A DNA stretch of 47,538 nt. Source: a virus. The notes beneath the pieces are model-generated. The model was not told where the DNA came from, ran no database searches, and saw only the letters and a list, made by a program, of their open reading frames with translations. This document shows, one piece after another, positions 32,725-42,156 of this stretch. The DNA is taken from positions 1-47,538 of the IMG/VR virus record IMGVR_UViG_3300048919_000044; one strand, 5' to 3'. The translations under genes and the position numbers were made by a program. Position 1 is the stretch's first letter, and each line of letters starts with the position of its first letter.

Positions 32725-33349
32725 GCCGTTTCGCGCCGAGGATTCATCGGGCGGCCCACTGGAAGCCGAGTTCATCCTTGAGCGGCTAATCGGTCGCGCC
32801 TATACCATCACGCTGGTTAAAGTGAACGAAGTACAGCCTGGTGGTACTGGGTCGGTAGGGTTTCTGTCTGCAACCGATCTGATCCAGCAAATGGACGGCA
32901 ACAACCAGGGCATCCCCAACGTGCCGATGGAAAACCTACCCTACTTCCGCCTGCAAGGTGGCGCTAACGCGATCATCATCGACCCGAAGCCGGGTGACAT
33001 AGGCCTGGCCGCGTTTGCCCGCCGCGACATTACCGTCACCAAGCAAAACAAGACCGAAGGTCCGCCACCAAGCCTGCGCACGCATGACGTATCGGATGGT
33101 CTGTACTTGGGCGGCCTGCTGAATGGCGCGCCGTCGCAGTGGATTCAGTTCCTCGACAGCGGCATCAAGATCAAAGCCACGGCAGCGGTTACAATCGACG
33201 CAACCCTGCTGCAGGTGAACTGCCCGATCACCTCGACCGGCGACATCACCGACCACACCAGCAGCATGCAAGACATGCGCGATCAGTACAACGCGCACAT
33301 CGGACACACACCAACTGGCGGCACTACGCCGAGCGTGCCAATGGAATGA
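32705..33349 (+). CDS. Baseplate central spike (gpV / Mu gp45 / Gp138-N-like)
   Basis: ATG 32705 (MSQSVAKPF). The PKPGDIGLAAFARRDI beta-barrel motif is typical of spike N-domains. Confidence 0.65.
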   Translation: MSQSVAKPFRAEDSSGGPLEAEFILERLIGRAYTITLVKVNEVQPGGTGSVGFLSATDLIQQMDGNNQGIPNVPMENLPYFRLQGGANAIIIDPKPGDIGLAAFARRDITVTKQNKTEGPPPSLRTHDVSDGLYLGGLLNGAPSQWIQFLDSGIKIKATAAVTIDATLLQVNCPITSTGDITDHTSSMQDMRDQYNAHIGHTPTGGTTPSVPME

Positions 33350-33696
33350 GAACTCTATTTCTTCTGCCTGGGCCGTGGGATCTGGCACTTGATTCTTCTG
33401 GTAACATTGCCGTGGCCAGTGACATCTATCAGCAGGCCCAGGACGTGGCCAGCGCTTGCCGCACATTCTCGCGTGATCTGTACTACGATCAGGCAGCCGG
33501 CATCCCCTACTTCGAAAACGTGCTGGGGACGTTTGGCTTCCCGCTGTCGCTGTACAAGATGTACCTGGAAGAAGCGGCCAAGTCCGTCACCGGCGTGGTG
33601 TCGGCCAGCGCTCAGCTACAATTGACCGGGCGCGTAGCCAGTGGCGCCATCCTGTTCACCAATGAAGATAATCAGACCGGGCAAATACAACTATGA
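33346..33696 (+). CDS. Baseplate wedge protein (gp25/W-like)
   Basis: ATGA-coupled internal start (MRTLFLLPGPWDL). Size and position. Confidence 0.55.
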   Translation: MRTLFLLPGPWDLALDSSGNIAVASDIYQQAQDVASACRTFSRDLYYDQAAGIPYFENVLGTFGFPLSLYKMYLEEAAKSVTGVVSASAQLQLTGRVASGAILFTNEDNQTGQIQL

Positions 33697-34877
33697 TTCC
33701 AGTCATCGAGATCACCGACATCGGCCTGGTCGCCCCCACTCGAGAGGCGATCACGGTCGGCCTGTGGGAGATCATGCGCGGTGCTTTCGGCGAGGATCTG
33801 AACGAAGACGCGCGCACGCCACAAGGGCAGCTGGTCACGTCGCTGACGGCGGCCATCGACAACCAAAACAGCGCCATGATCGCCCTCGGCAACAACTTCG
33901 ACCCGCGCTATGCCATCGGCCAGTTCCAAGAGGCCTTGGGCGCCGTCTATTTCCTGAAGCGCAAGCTCGCCACCCGCTCCATCGCCATGCTGGACTTTAT
34001 CGGTATTGGCGGGACGGTCATTCCGCAAGGCTATCTCATCATCGACGAGGCTGGTTTTGAGTGGGAAGTGGCCGCCGCATCAACCGTCGGCGCCGGGTTG
34101 GTAGCCGCGCTGTGCACAACTTCAGGCCCTATTCAGGCCGCGCCTTTGACCATCACCACCTTCAAGGAAACCATTGACGGCCTAGACCGCGTCGAAAACC
34201 CGGACGCTGCCGCAGCAGGTTCTAATCAGGAGTCACGCTCAAACTTTGAGACTCGCCGTTATGAGTCGGTCGCGGCCAACAGCAAGAATATGAACGCCTC
34301 GGTGCGCGGCGCAGTCGGCAACCTGTCCGGCGTCATTGATGTGTTTGTGGAGGACAACCCCACTGACGCATCGATCGTCATTGGCGAGACGAATTACCCG
34401 ATGATCCGCAACAGCCTGCTGGTGTCGGTGGTGGGCGGCGACGACCAAGAGCTGGCCAAGACCATTCTGGTGAAGGGCGGCACCGGCTGCGCATTCGTGG
34501 GCAATACGTCGATTCTCTGGAAAGACGAAGCCAGCGGCGGTGCCCTGCCGCCTGAGTACGTCGTAAAGCTTGAGCGTCCCGGTCACGTCACCGTTTCATT
34601 GCGCCTGACCGTCGTTGATCCTTCGGCCATCTCCTACGCCAACTCGCAGGCCGCCAAGACGCAGATCGTTTCAGACTTCCAGACCGGCGACTACCGCGCC
34701 CGCATCGGCGGCCTGGTGGTGGGCGCGAATTACCTGCTGAATCTGGACAGCGCCCTGCTGCGACCGGTCAAGCTGGAGCTATCCACTGACGGCGTTACAT
34801 GGGAAGAGTTCCAGCGTTTCGGCGTCGATCAGTTCCCGGTCACATCAACCGCCAACGTCACACTGGTGGGCATATGA
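33693..34877 (+). CDS. Baseplate J-like protein
   Basis: 394 aa. Position and overall pattern. Confidence 0.75.
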   Translation: MIPVIEITDIGLVAPTREAITVGLWEIMRGAFGEDLNEDARTPQGQLVTSLTAAIDNQNSAMIALGNNFDPRYAIGQFQEALGAVYFLKRKLATRSIAMLDFIGIGGTVIPQGYLIIDEAGFEWEVAAASTVGAGLVAALCTTSGPIQAAPLTITTFKETIDGLDRVENPDAAAAGSNQESRSNFETRRYESVAANSKNMNASVRGAVGNLSGVIDVFVEDNPTDASIVIGETNYPMIRNSLLVSVVGGDDQELAKTILVKGGTGCAFVGNTSILWKDEASGGALPPEYVVKLERPGHVTVSLRLTVVDPSAISYANSQAAKTQIVSDFQTGDYRARIGGLVVGANYLLNLDSALLRPVKLELSTDGVTWEEFQRFGVDQFPVTSTANVTLVGI

Positions 34878-35500
34878 TCGAAAAAACGATTATGAGCCAG
34901 TATGCCAACAGCCCAAGGCTGATGAGCATTATTACTGGCCTGTGGGGGGCTCTTGATCCTGACAAGTTCACCGATGACTTTTATCGGCTGGTGATGGACA
35001 TCCCGAACGCCAACAGCTACGGGCTGGACATCTGGGGCCGGATTGTTGGCATTGGCCGCACGGTGACGTTCGTTAACCCGGCCGGCGAATACTTCGGCTT
35101 CGAGGATGGCTTCTATCCGTTCAACGAGCGACCATTCAGCGCCCCTGGCAGCGGAACGGATACTTGGGAACTGACCAACGACGCATACCGCGAACTGATC
35201 CTGCTGAAAGCCCTGTCCAACATCGCCTATGCCTCCGCGCCGAACATAAACGCGCTGATGCGGGCCATGTTCGACAAGCCGTGTTACTGCCTGATTACCG
35301 GGCATATGCAGATGCGGTACGTCTTCGAGTTCGACTTGTCGCCGTACCAGCATCACCTGGTTTACGACACCGATATTCTTCCGCGCCCGTGCGGCGTGGA
35401 AATCAGCATCATCATAAGCGCCGATCCGGCCGGTCTTTTCGGTTTTTACGGCTCGGGCTTGCAGCCATTCGGCCAAGGAGTTTTTTATAATGCAACCTGA
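34874..35500 (+). CDS. Baseplate/tail-fibre adaptor (DUF2612-like)
   Basis: ATGA-coupled start (MIEKTIMSQYANSPR). Confidence 0.6.
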   Translation: MIEKTIMSQYANSPRLMSIITGLWGALDPDKFTDDFYRLVMDIPNANSYGLDIWGRIVGIGRTVTFVNPAGEYFGFEDGFYPFNERPFSAPGSGTDTWELTNDAYRELILLKALSNIAYASAPNINALMRAMFDKPCYCLITGHMQMRYVFEFDLSPYQHHLVYDTDILPRPCGVEISIIISADPAGLFGFYGSGLQPFGQGVFYNAT

Positions 35501-37088
35501 TTTGATCCTGATCCCATTTGGCAAAAATGCCACAGCGGGGACTATTGAACCTATTCCGGACACAGCAGGCCCTGGCGACGGCCCGCAGAAAGCGACATGG
35601 AATTATGGTTTTCCTCAAGTCACCATGACGCCGCTGGCAGCTGGCGGCATTCCGCCGCAAGGCCAGGACATCAACGGCGTGCTCAAGGCGATCAGCGAGC
35701 ACACCGTGTTCACTGGTCGCGGCGGCCAATACAAGTGGTCTTCTGCATACGTTACAGCCAGTGGCGGCTACTCGATTGGCGACGTTATCCAAGCCGATGA
35801 CGGGCTGAACTCCTATGTCAGCCTGGTCAATACCAACACGGCCAACTTCAACACTACGCCAGCATCCATTGGCGTTAGCTGGGCGCTTTATGCTGGGCGA
35901 GCCACGCAATCCCAAGCAACCGAAACAGTGGCCGGCATTGCCGAAATTGCCACGCAGGCCGAAGTCACGACCGGTGCCGATGACGCCCGGATCGTCACGC
36001 CGGCAAAGCTGCGAGGCGCCCAGGCAACTCAAGCCGAAGCCGAGGCTGGGACTGACAACACCAAGCTGATGACACCTCTGCGCGCTCGCCAGCAACGCGA
36101 CAAGGCTGGCTTCGCCATCGATACCGGCACCGCCAACGCCTACGTCTGCGCATTCACTCCGGCCATTACCGCGCGCATCGAGGGCCAAGTCCTGAAGTTT
36201 AAGGTGAAGACCACTAACACGGGCGCTTCGACCTTCAATGACGGGGTTGGCGTGGTGGCGCTGGTGGGCGGCGCTCAAACTGCGCTGCAAGGTGGAGAGC
36301 TGGTAGCCAACGGTGACGCTTGGGTCCAGTGGAATACCTCGGTTGGCGGCGGCTCGTACATCCTGCTGTTTTGCACCGGCGCACCGGAACAAGTCGCCCC
36401 CGCCACGCAAAGCCAGCACGCCATGCAGCTCGGGCAGGCAACGGGGCGCCTAATGGGCGCTCCCCAAATATTCAACACGCCTGGAACATTTACCTATACA
36501 CCTACACCTGGTACGAAATTCGTAATTGTAGAGGTTCAGGCGGCAGGTGGTGCTGGTGGCGGTGCGCCAGCAACTGCCTCAGGGCAGAATGGAATCGGCG
36601 CGCCTGGCGGTGCTGGCGCATACGCAAAGAGCCTCCTGTCATCTGGATTCTCAGGTGCGACTGTTACAGTTGGTCTTGGTGGCGTGGGTGTAACGGCGTC
36701 GGCTGGCGGCAACGGAGGAACATCATCGTTTGGCGCCGGTATTAGCTGCCCTGGCGGCAGAGGCGGCCCTATTGCAGGACCGTCTGGCGGGTCATTTGAC
36801 GTTGCATCGTTAAATAGCCCTGCCCCTACGGGTGGAAATATAACTTCAAACGTTGGAAGCGCCAGCATTAACATGATTTCGCTGGCGGCTGGGTTTATAG
36901 TCGGAGCCCTTCCAGGAGGCACAATATTTGGGCCGGGCGCTCAATATATTGCCTCAGGGACTAACGGTACAGCATCAACATCTTTTGGCTCTGGTGGCGG
37001 GGCTACCTCTAACATTCCAAGCGCGGGAAGCTCTCGCATAGGTGGCGCAGGCGCGCCAGGAATTGTAATAGTTTGGGAGTATTCATAA
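35490..37088 (+). CDS. Tail fibre protein with a Gly-rich C-terminal domain
   Basis: AAGGAG RBS. Repeated ATQAE..G.D....TP..L motifs. C-terminal GGAGGGAP...GGAGAY.. Gly-rich domain. GC drops after ~36430. Confidence 0.8.
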   Translation: MQPDLILIPFGKNATAGTIEPIPDTAGPGDGPQKATWNYGFPQVTMTPLAAGGIPPQGQDINGVLKAISEHTVFTGRGGQYKWSSAYVTASGGYSIGDVIQADDGLNSYVSLVNTNTANFNTTPASIGVSWALYAGRATQSQATETVAGIAEIATQAEVTTGADDARIVTPAKLRGAQATQAEAEAGTDNTKLMTPLRARQQRDKAGFAIDTGTANAYVCAFTPAITARIEGQVLKFKVKTTNTGASTFNDGVGVVALVGGAQTALQGGELVANGDAWVQWNTSVGGGSYILLFCTGAPEQVAPATQSQHAMQLGQATGRLMGAPQIFNTPGTFTYTPTPGTKFVIVEVQAAGGAGGGAPATASGQNGIGAPGGAGAYAKSLLSSGFSGATVTVGLGGVGVTASAGGNGGTSSFGAGISCPGGRGGPIAGPSGGSFDVASLNSPAPTGGNITSNVGSASINMISLAAGFIVGALPGGTIFGPGAQYIASGTNGTASTSFGSGGGATSNIPSAGSSRIGGAGAPGIVIVWEYS

Positions 37089-37511
37089 ATGAGAACTCAC
37101 GCACTAATTGAAGACGGAAAGGTTTCCGAGATCATTCCTCCATATGTAAATCCAGATGGCGTGGATGTTCCTATTGAAGAAAGATATACGCCCAACATGG
37201 TTGCCCAAATGGTCGATATCACCGATATGGACCCGCAACCCCAACAGCAGTGGACTTACGACGGTGTTACATTCGCCGCGCCCGCACCTTATCAACCGAC
37301 CCCGGCAGATATTTTGCGAGAAAATCAGAACACCCAGTATTATTTGCTAGGGCAGGCTTCTCAAGCCATGACTCCGCTGCTGCTCGCCCTTCAGCTTGAC
37401 GGAGCAGATGAGGTAACAACAAAAGCCAAGGCATGGCAGGCTTACTACAAGCAGCTCGAAGCAGTTGACGTAACTGTCCCAGTGCCGGATTGGCCGACTG
37501 CTCCGGCCTAA
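37089..37511 (+). CDS. Tail fibre assembly protein
   Basis: C-terminal LQL....E....A.AWQAYYKQLEAVD......WP..P resembles the Caudo_TAP pattern. Low GC. Confidence 0.65.
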   Translation: MRTHALIEDGKVSEIIPPYVNPDGVDVPIEERYTPNMVAQMVDITDMDPQPQQQWTYDGVTFAAPAPYQPTPADILRENQNTQYYLLGQASQAMTPLLLALQLDGADEVTTKAKAWQAYYKQLEAVDVTVPVPDWPTAPA

Positions 37512-37526
37512 GACTTATCACAAGAA

Positions 37527-37557
37527 AGCGCACCCGGCACTTGGTGCGCTGATTTCT
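37527..37557 (+). terminator. Weak terminator-like hairpin
   Basis: AGCGCACC-CGGCACTT-GGTGCGCT followed by GATTTCT. Confidence 0.35.
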
Positions 37558-37569
37558 ACGGAGAAAGCC

Positions 37570-38121
37570 ATGCCCATCACCGCGCAACAACTGCTGCAGA
37601 TCCTCCCTGATTCCGGAAAACAAGCAGGCGTTTTTGCGTCTGCGCTGAATTTGGCCATGGAGCAATTCCAGATCAACAACCGTTTACGCATGGCGGCATT
37701 CATTGCCCAGGTTGGGCATGAGTCCGGCCAATTCCGGTACGTGAAGGAGTTGGGCGGCGATCAGTATCTGAGCAAGTACGACACCGGCACTCTGGCCGAA
37801 CGCTTGGGCAACACGCCAGAGGCCGACGGTGACGGTCAGAAATACCGTGGGCGCGGCCTGATTCAGATTACCGGGCATGACAACTACCTGGCCTGCAGCA
37901 AGGCGCTGTTTGGGGATAACCGCTTGCTGAGTACGCCCGAGCTGCTCGAGCAAGCCGAGTGGGCCTGCAAGTCGGCGGCGTGGTTCTGGAATTCTAAAAA
38001 CTTGAACCCCTTGGCCGATGCTGGCGACTTTGTAGGGCTGACTCGTCGCATCAATGGCGGCACCAACGGCCTGGCAGAGCGCCAGGAGTTCTATGGTCGT
38101 GCGCTGAAGGTGCTGGCATGA
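37570..38121 (+). CDS. Endolysin, glycoside hydrolase family 19 (chitinase-like)
   Basis: AAFIAQVGHESG...YRGRGLIQITGHDNY motifs. No N-terminal TM segment. Confidence 0.9.
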   Translation: MPITAQQLLQILPDSGKQAGVFASALNLAMEQFQINNRLRMAAFIAQVGHESGQFRYVKELGGDQYLSKYDTGTLAERLGNTPEADGDGQKYRGRGLIQITGHDNYLACSKALFGDNRLLSTPELLEQAEWACKSAAWFWNSKNLNPLADAGDFVGLTRRINGGTNGLAERQEFYGRALKVLA

Positions 38122-38630
38122 TCTGGGGCAAGGACTTGGGGGCTGCGGTGATTGCCGTGCTTATCGGTGCCGTCCTGTTTTTCGTCTACAGCTACGGCCA
38201 ATCAGTCGAGAATGCCGAATGGCAGGTGAAGTGGAACGATCGCAATACCATGGACGCTACCGCTAAGGCCGTCAACGAGGCTGCCGAGCGCGCCAAAGAG
38301 CAAGCCCGTCAACTCTCCATCAACAAGGTGATCCAAGATGGTCAGAAAGCCATTGACTCAGCGACTGCTGATGCTGCCACTGCTCGCGCTACTGCTGACA
38401 GCTTGCGCGGGGAAGTCGCTAGAGTCGCCAGCCGTACCGCAAGTCAGGCCGGCAGCCATTCCTGCACTGCCGCAGCAAGCCAAGCAGCAAGCCGCGCCGT
38501 CCTGGTGCTTGCCGAGCTGTTCAAGCGCGCTGATGAAAGAGCGGGAGATTTGGCGGGCGCAGCTGATGAAAGCAGAATCCGCGGACTAAATTGCGAGGCG
38601 TCGTACCGAGGGATAGAAAATGGTAACTAG
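38118..38630 (+). CDS. Rz: i-spanin (Rz-like)
   Basis: N-terminal TM helix and a coiled-coil periplasmic domain. ATGA coupled to the endolysin gene. Confidence 0.8.
   Translation: MIWGKDLGAAVIAVLIGAVLFFVYSYGQSVENAEWQVKWNDRNTMDATAKAVNEAAERAKEQARQLSINKVIQDGQKAIDSATADAATARATADSLRGEVARVASRTASQAGSHSCTAAASQAASRAVLVLAELFKRADERAGDLAGAADESRIRGLNCEASYRGIENGN
38338..38589 (+). CDS. Rz1: o-spanin (Rz1-like lipoprotein) embedded in the +1 frame of Rz
   Basis: Lipobox LLLTAC, Pro-rich mature part, wholly inside 38118..38630. Confidence 0.75.
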   Translation: MVRKPLTQRLLMLPLLALLLTACAGKSLESPAVPQVRPAAIPALPQQAKQQAAPSWCLPSCSSALMKEREIWRAQLMKAESAD

Positions 38631-38657
38631 CAGTACATTACAGGGCGGTAGCCAGGA

Positions 38658-38993
38658 ATGAACAACCATATACAGGGCGCCTCATTCAGCAAGGTTGTAA
38701 CGATCCCTCTGTCTCTCCCGGACGGCTACTTTGTCGGCTGGGTTCCGACCTCACAGATTCGTTTTTTTCGGTTTCACGCAGGGGTGCAGGAGGTAGGCGA
38801 GTTGATAGAGGATCTATCGTGCGTCTGGGCCGATCCGCTGACCACCCGAACACTGCTCGTCCAGGCGGTCGATACAGGCCTTTGGCCAATCACCCGCGTG
38901 TGCTGGGACATCCGTTTCACTCGAGAGTCGGACGGCTTCAAGCGGTCAACAAATCTGACCGTGTTCGGCATCGCTAAAGGGGCCACCCAATGA
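38658..38993 (+). CDS. Hypothetical protein (111 aa), possible tailspike adaptor
   Basis: ATGA coupled to the tailspike gene. Confidence 0.6.
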   Translation: MNNHIQGASFSKVVTIPLSLPDGYFVGWVPTSQIRFFRFHAGVQEVGELIEDLSCVWADPLTTRTLLVQAVDTGLWPITRVCWDIRFTRESDGFKRSTNLTVFGIAKGATQ

Positions 38994-41098
38994 GCGACGA
39001 CAATCTGATCCTCTTGGCTCGAGACGCAACGCCGGATATGCAGATTACCGAGGCCTTGCCTGCTGTCGTGCCAATGGAAATGGCCGCGGTCATCAAAGGG
39101 GACAAGGGTGATAAAGGCGACAAGGGAGATGCCGGAGATATAACGGAAGAGCTGCAGAATCTCGCCGATGGAGTCCTATCCAACGCTGAAAACGCTTCAA
39201 CTTCAGCCGCTACGGCCCAGGACCAAGCTGTTAGTTCTGCTCTGGCCTCTGCCGAATCTGCAGCCCAAGCTCAAATCGCTACGGCCGCAGCAACATCAGC
39301 GATTATCCAGTCCGGGATTTATGCTACTGAAGCGCTCGGGCGTGCGTCCGTCGCTGACGGACAGGACTTCAGGGTTCAGGGTGATAACATCACCACGGCG
39401 GTGATCGTTTACCGAAGGATTGATGTGAATACTTCGACTCTCCTGGCGTCGATTTCCCCGGCCGAGGCGCTGTCTATACTCGCCAGACTGGTTTATCCGG
39501 GCACCTCGAGCAAGTTCAACCGTGACTGTTCTGAGCATCCTTTCGTCATCGACAAGGGCGATAAGCGCCTTCTGTCCCTGCATGATGACGGCGGGGCGGA
39601 TCTTGGCGCGTTGAATCTATCCGTCGTCGATTCGCCAAGGATAACCGGATATGCCGGGCAAACTGTGGTGTGGAAGAATGGCGCCAACGGGGTTCCGTTT
39701 CAGGTGATTTGGATCGACAGTAATGGCCGTCCAGACTTCATCCCCTCGCCTAACCTGCTGGCCCGCTTGAGTGCTGCGCCGTTTTTTCCGCTGTCGGACA
39801 TTCGCGGTAGTTATGCGGTCAGTAACGTTCGAAAGACCGACACCTTCAACATCGCCACCGTGCAGGATAAAGGCGGACAGGTATATGACGGGTTGCAGCT
39901 GCGATCCGGGAGTCTGGACACTATCGTAGTTCGTCGGCTGGCACCTCTGGAGTTCATCCCCGTAGTTGGACAGTCTAACGCCGGTGGGGCTGGTACTGGC
40001 GTTACGGCGGGGCCGAAGCTGACTGCGCCACAGTGGCCGCATAGCGTGCTGTCATTCAACGGTGCCAAGTTCCAGTTCCAAGGCAGCAACGGGCTTATCG
40101 ATGGATCCACCCTGACAGACTTGGCGCCGCTGTACGATCCGGCTACACCGTTGGGGCAGTATCCGGCAACCATGCAGGGGTTTGCTTGGGCCGCGCAACA
40201 GGCCAGGGAAGGTCTGGCGCAGCCGGGGATTGTATCCTTCACAGCTTGGCAGGGCGATACACCGGCTAGTGGATTCCTGTCTGGCACGACCAACTGGACC
40301 AACCTGATGACCTCTACCGCGCGCGCTGTTGCCTGTTCCGCGCTGTACTCGAGGACAGTGGAGGCGTCATGGATCACACGGGTTCAGGGCGAGGCAGGAG
40401 CCAACTATGCGGCAGATTATGCGACCTGGGCGGACACCGTGAAGCCGGCTATTCGCGCGCTGACTGGGCAGGCCTATGATCCTAAGATTGCGTTGTGGCA
40501 AATCGTAGGGGTTGCCCCAGATAACGGGGTTGGCAGCTTGCAGCTGAGTCACCACAATACCCGCGCAGACACCAAGCTGGTCGGGGCCATGTATGGATAT
40601 CCAGTGAGTGACGTTCAGCACCTGACGGCGGAAGGCCGAATGATGCAGGGTGACGTCTATGCTGATTTCCGTCTGCAGTTGGCCCGCGGAAAGACATGGA
40701 CGCCCATGCAGATGTTGACGGCGGTACGCTCCGGGGTAACCGTTACGATATCTTTGGCGTTGCCGCCTGGAGTTGCCGCTGCATCCAAGTGCACAGATTG
40801 GCCGCCTCAGGTCCCACAGGATGGGTTTGTCTACAGGGATAGCGTCGGTGATACGCCGATCACGGCAGTTGCTTATGGTCCTACCACGATCACTCTGACC
40901 CTATCGGCCGTTCCTACAGGATCGGCGCCGACCATTCGATACGGGATGGATGCTGGTTCTGGGGTGGCCGGCTGGTATCAACTGGGGGGGAACGTGTGCG
41001 GCATATCTCGCACAAAAAGCGCCTATTACAATCAAGGTTTCAACGTGCCCGAGTACGTTCGTCACTACTTGGCCCGACACTCTATAGCGGTTTCTTAA
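38990..41098 (+). CDS. Tailspike/fibre with a collagen-like repeat and an SGNH/SASA-type esterase-like domain
   Basis: 702 aa. (GDK)3-GDA-GDI repeat. IPVVGQSNAGG resembles the GQSN(M) catalytic block of sialate-O-acetylesterase-like esterases. Confidence 0.75.
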   Translation: MSDDNLILLARDATPDMQITEALPAVVPMEMAAVIKGDKGDKGDKGDAGDITEELQNLADGVLSNAENASTSAATAQDQAVSSALASAESAAQAQIATAAATSAIIQSGIYATEALGRASVADGQDFRVQGDNITTAVIVYRRIDVNTSTLLASISPAEALSILARLVYPGTSSKFNRDCSEHPFVIDKGDKRLLSLHDDGGADLGALNLSVVDSPRITGYAGQTVVWKNGANGVPFQVIWIDSNGRPDFIPSPNLLARLSAAPFFPLSDIRGSYAVSNVRKTDTFNIATVQDKGGQVYDGLQLRSGSLDTIVVRRLAPLEFIPVVGQSNAGGAGTGVTAGPKLTAPQWPHSVLSFNGAKFQFQGSNGLIDGSTLTDLAPLYDPATPLGQYPATMQGFAWAAQQAREGLAQPGIVSFTAWQGDTPASGFLSGTTNWTNLMTSTARAVACSALYSRTVEASWITRVQGEAGANYAADYATWADTVKPAIRALTGQAYDPKIALWQIVGVAPDNGVGSLQLSHHNTRADTKLVGAMYGYPVSDVQHLTAEGRMMQGDVYADFRLQLARGKTWTPMQMLTAVRSGVTVTISLALPPGVAAASKCTDWPPQVPQDGFVYRDSVGDTPITAVAYGPTTITLTLSAVPTGSAPTIRYGMDAGSGVAGWYQLGGNVCGISRTKSAYYNQGFNVPEYVRHYLARHSIAVS
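39095..39139 (+). repeat. Collagen-like 9-bp tandem repeat encoding K-GDK-GDK-GDK-GDA-GD
   Basis: Read directly. Confidence 0.9.
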
Positions 41099-41108
41099 GG
41101 GGAAAATT

Positions 41109-41858
41109 ATGTACGCAGGAATCCAGCTCCCAGGGGTAATTACCGCGCTGGGCCAGCCGGCCATGCTGACCAAGCAGATTTCCAGTCTCCCTAACTTCAC
41201 CGGATGGCTACAGGCAGACTCGAGATATTGCTCAGTGGTTTCCGGAAAAGTGGCAAGCATGGGCGGCCCCGGCGCCATGCAGGTATCGCAGTCTGTAGCT
41301 GGTAACCGCGGGGTATTGGTGGATAATGCATCGCCAGGTGGCTATTCGGCTCTGGCACTATCAGTGGCAAACTCTAGCAGATACCCGCTGTCCACCGGAG
41401 CTATTGATACAACCCAGCCGTTCACCATTTTCGCACTGATCAAGCCAGATTTACCGGGGGCGTCTTCAGGTGCGTGCATGGGTAGGTTCACCAGCTCTAC
41501 GGCAAGGACTCTTCTTTCGTCAGCGGCCAACGCGACGACACAGATGATTTTCTACTACGCCAGCACACTGATCGGCGTTCCGGTGACCTACGGAGCTTGG
41601 AATGCCATCTGGTTTGGATGGGACGGAGCTAACCTTAAAGTCAGGTCAAACGGGGTTAGTGTGGCAGATGTGGCATCGGTGGCAGATACGACCGTAGGCG
41701 CGTTTGTTGTTGGCGGGTTGAGTAGTGGGGGGCAGTACTTTAATGGGCAAATAGCAGACATGATTTCCTTCAGCGGGAATATGTTTTCACCAGCTAATGC
41801 TGCGGCATTCGCTATGGTCAATACCTACGTGCAAAACGTATACGGACTGCCGGCATAA
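41109..41858 (+). CDS. LamG/concanavalin-like domain protein
   Basis: W..IWFGWDGANLKVRSNG ... FVVGG...GGQYFNGQIADMISF is the usual Laminin_G_3 pattern. Confidence 0.65.
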   Translation: MYAGIQLPGVITALGQPAMLTKQISSLPNFTGWLQADSRYCSVVSGKVASMGGPGAMQVSQSVAGNRGVLVDNASPGGYSALALSVANSSRYPLSTGAIDTTQPFTIFALIKPDLPGASSGACMGRFTSSTARTLLSSAANATTQMIFYYASTLIGVPVTYGAWNAIWFGWDGANLKVRSNGVSVADVASVADTTVGAFVVGGLSSGGQYFNGQIADMISFSGNMFSPANAAAFAMVNTYVQNVYGLPA

Positions 41859-41899
41859 ATATTTTACTGTTTGGGTTTGGCGCATCAGGAAGGAAAAGC

Positions 41900-41923
41900 A
41901 AGCCCCCATTGCGGGGGCTTTTT
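41900..41923. terminator. Bidirectional intrinsic terminator between the convergent late and leftward operons
   Basis: AAGCCCCC-ATTGC-GGGGGCTT with a T run downstream and an A run upstream. Confidence 0.8.
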
Positions 41924-41926
41924 GGT

Positions 41927-41992
41927 TTATCGCTTCGGCCCGGAATAGATCAGCCATGCCATGTAGGCGAGTGCGCAGACTGGAATAATCAT
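41927..41992 (-). CDS. Tiny membrane peptide (21 aa, MIIPVCALAYMAWLIYSGPKR)
   Basis: ATGA coupled and hydrophobic. Last ORF of the leftward operon. Confidence 0.3.
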   Translation of the reverse strand: MIIPVCALAYMAWLIYSGPKR

Positions 41993-42156
41993 GATTGGCT
42001 CCCTGCTTGATATTTGGCCTGGCGCTTCTTCGAGCAGACCGCGTGACTGCCGTGTGACCTGTGCCGGTTGCAATACTCGCAAGTCGGGTTCAGCTCAAGG
42101 ATCGGCGTAGGCGAGCTGTTCCGGCGCACCTCGGCGGTTCTGTAGAGCTTGCTCAT
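41989..42156 (-). CDS. Small Cys/His-rich protein (55 aa)
   Basis: Hand-translated codon by codon. CEYCNRHRSHGSHAVC. ATGA coupled at both ends. Confidence 0.45.
   Translation of the reverse strand: MSKLYRTAEVRRNSSPTPILELNPTCEYCNRHRSHGSHAVCSKKRQAKYQAGSQS

Noticed and set aside
35412-36419. 335-aa minus-strand ORF inside the tail-fibre gene.
   Set aside because: It is an antisense shadow, while the plus-strand gene has fibre repeat motifs and a strong RBS.
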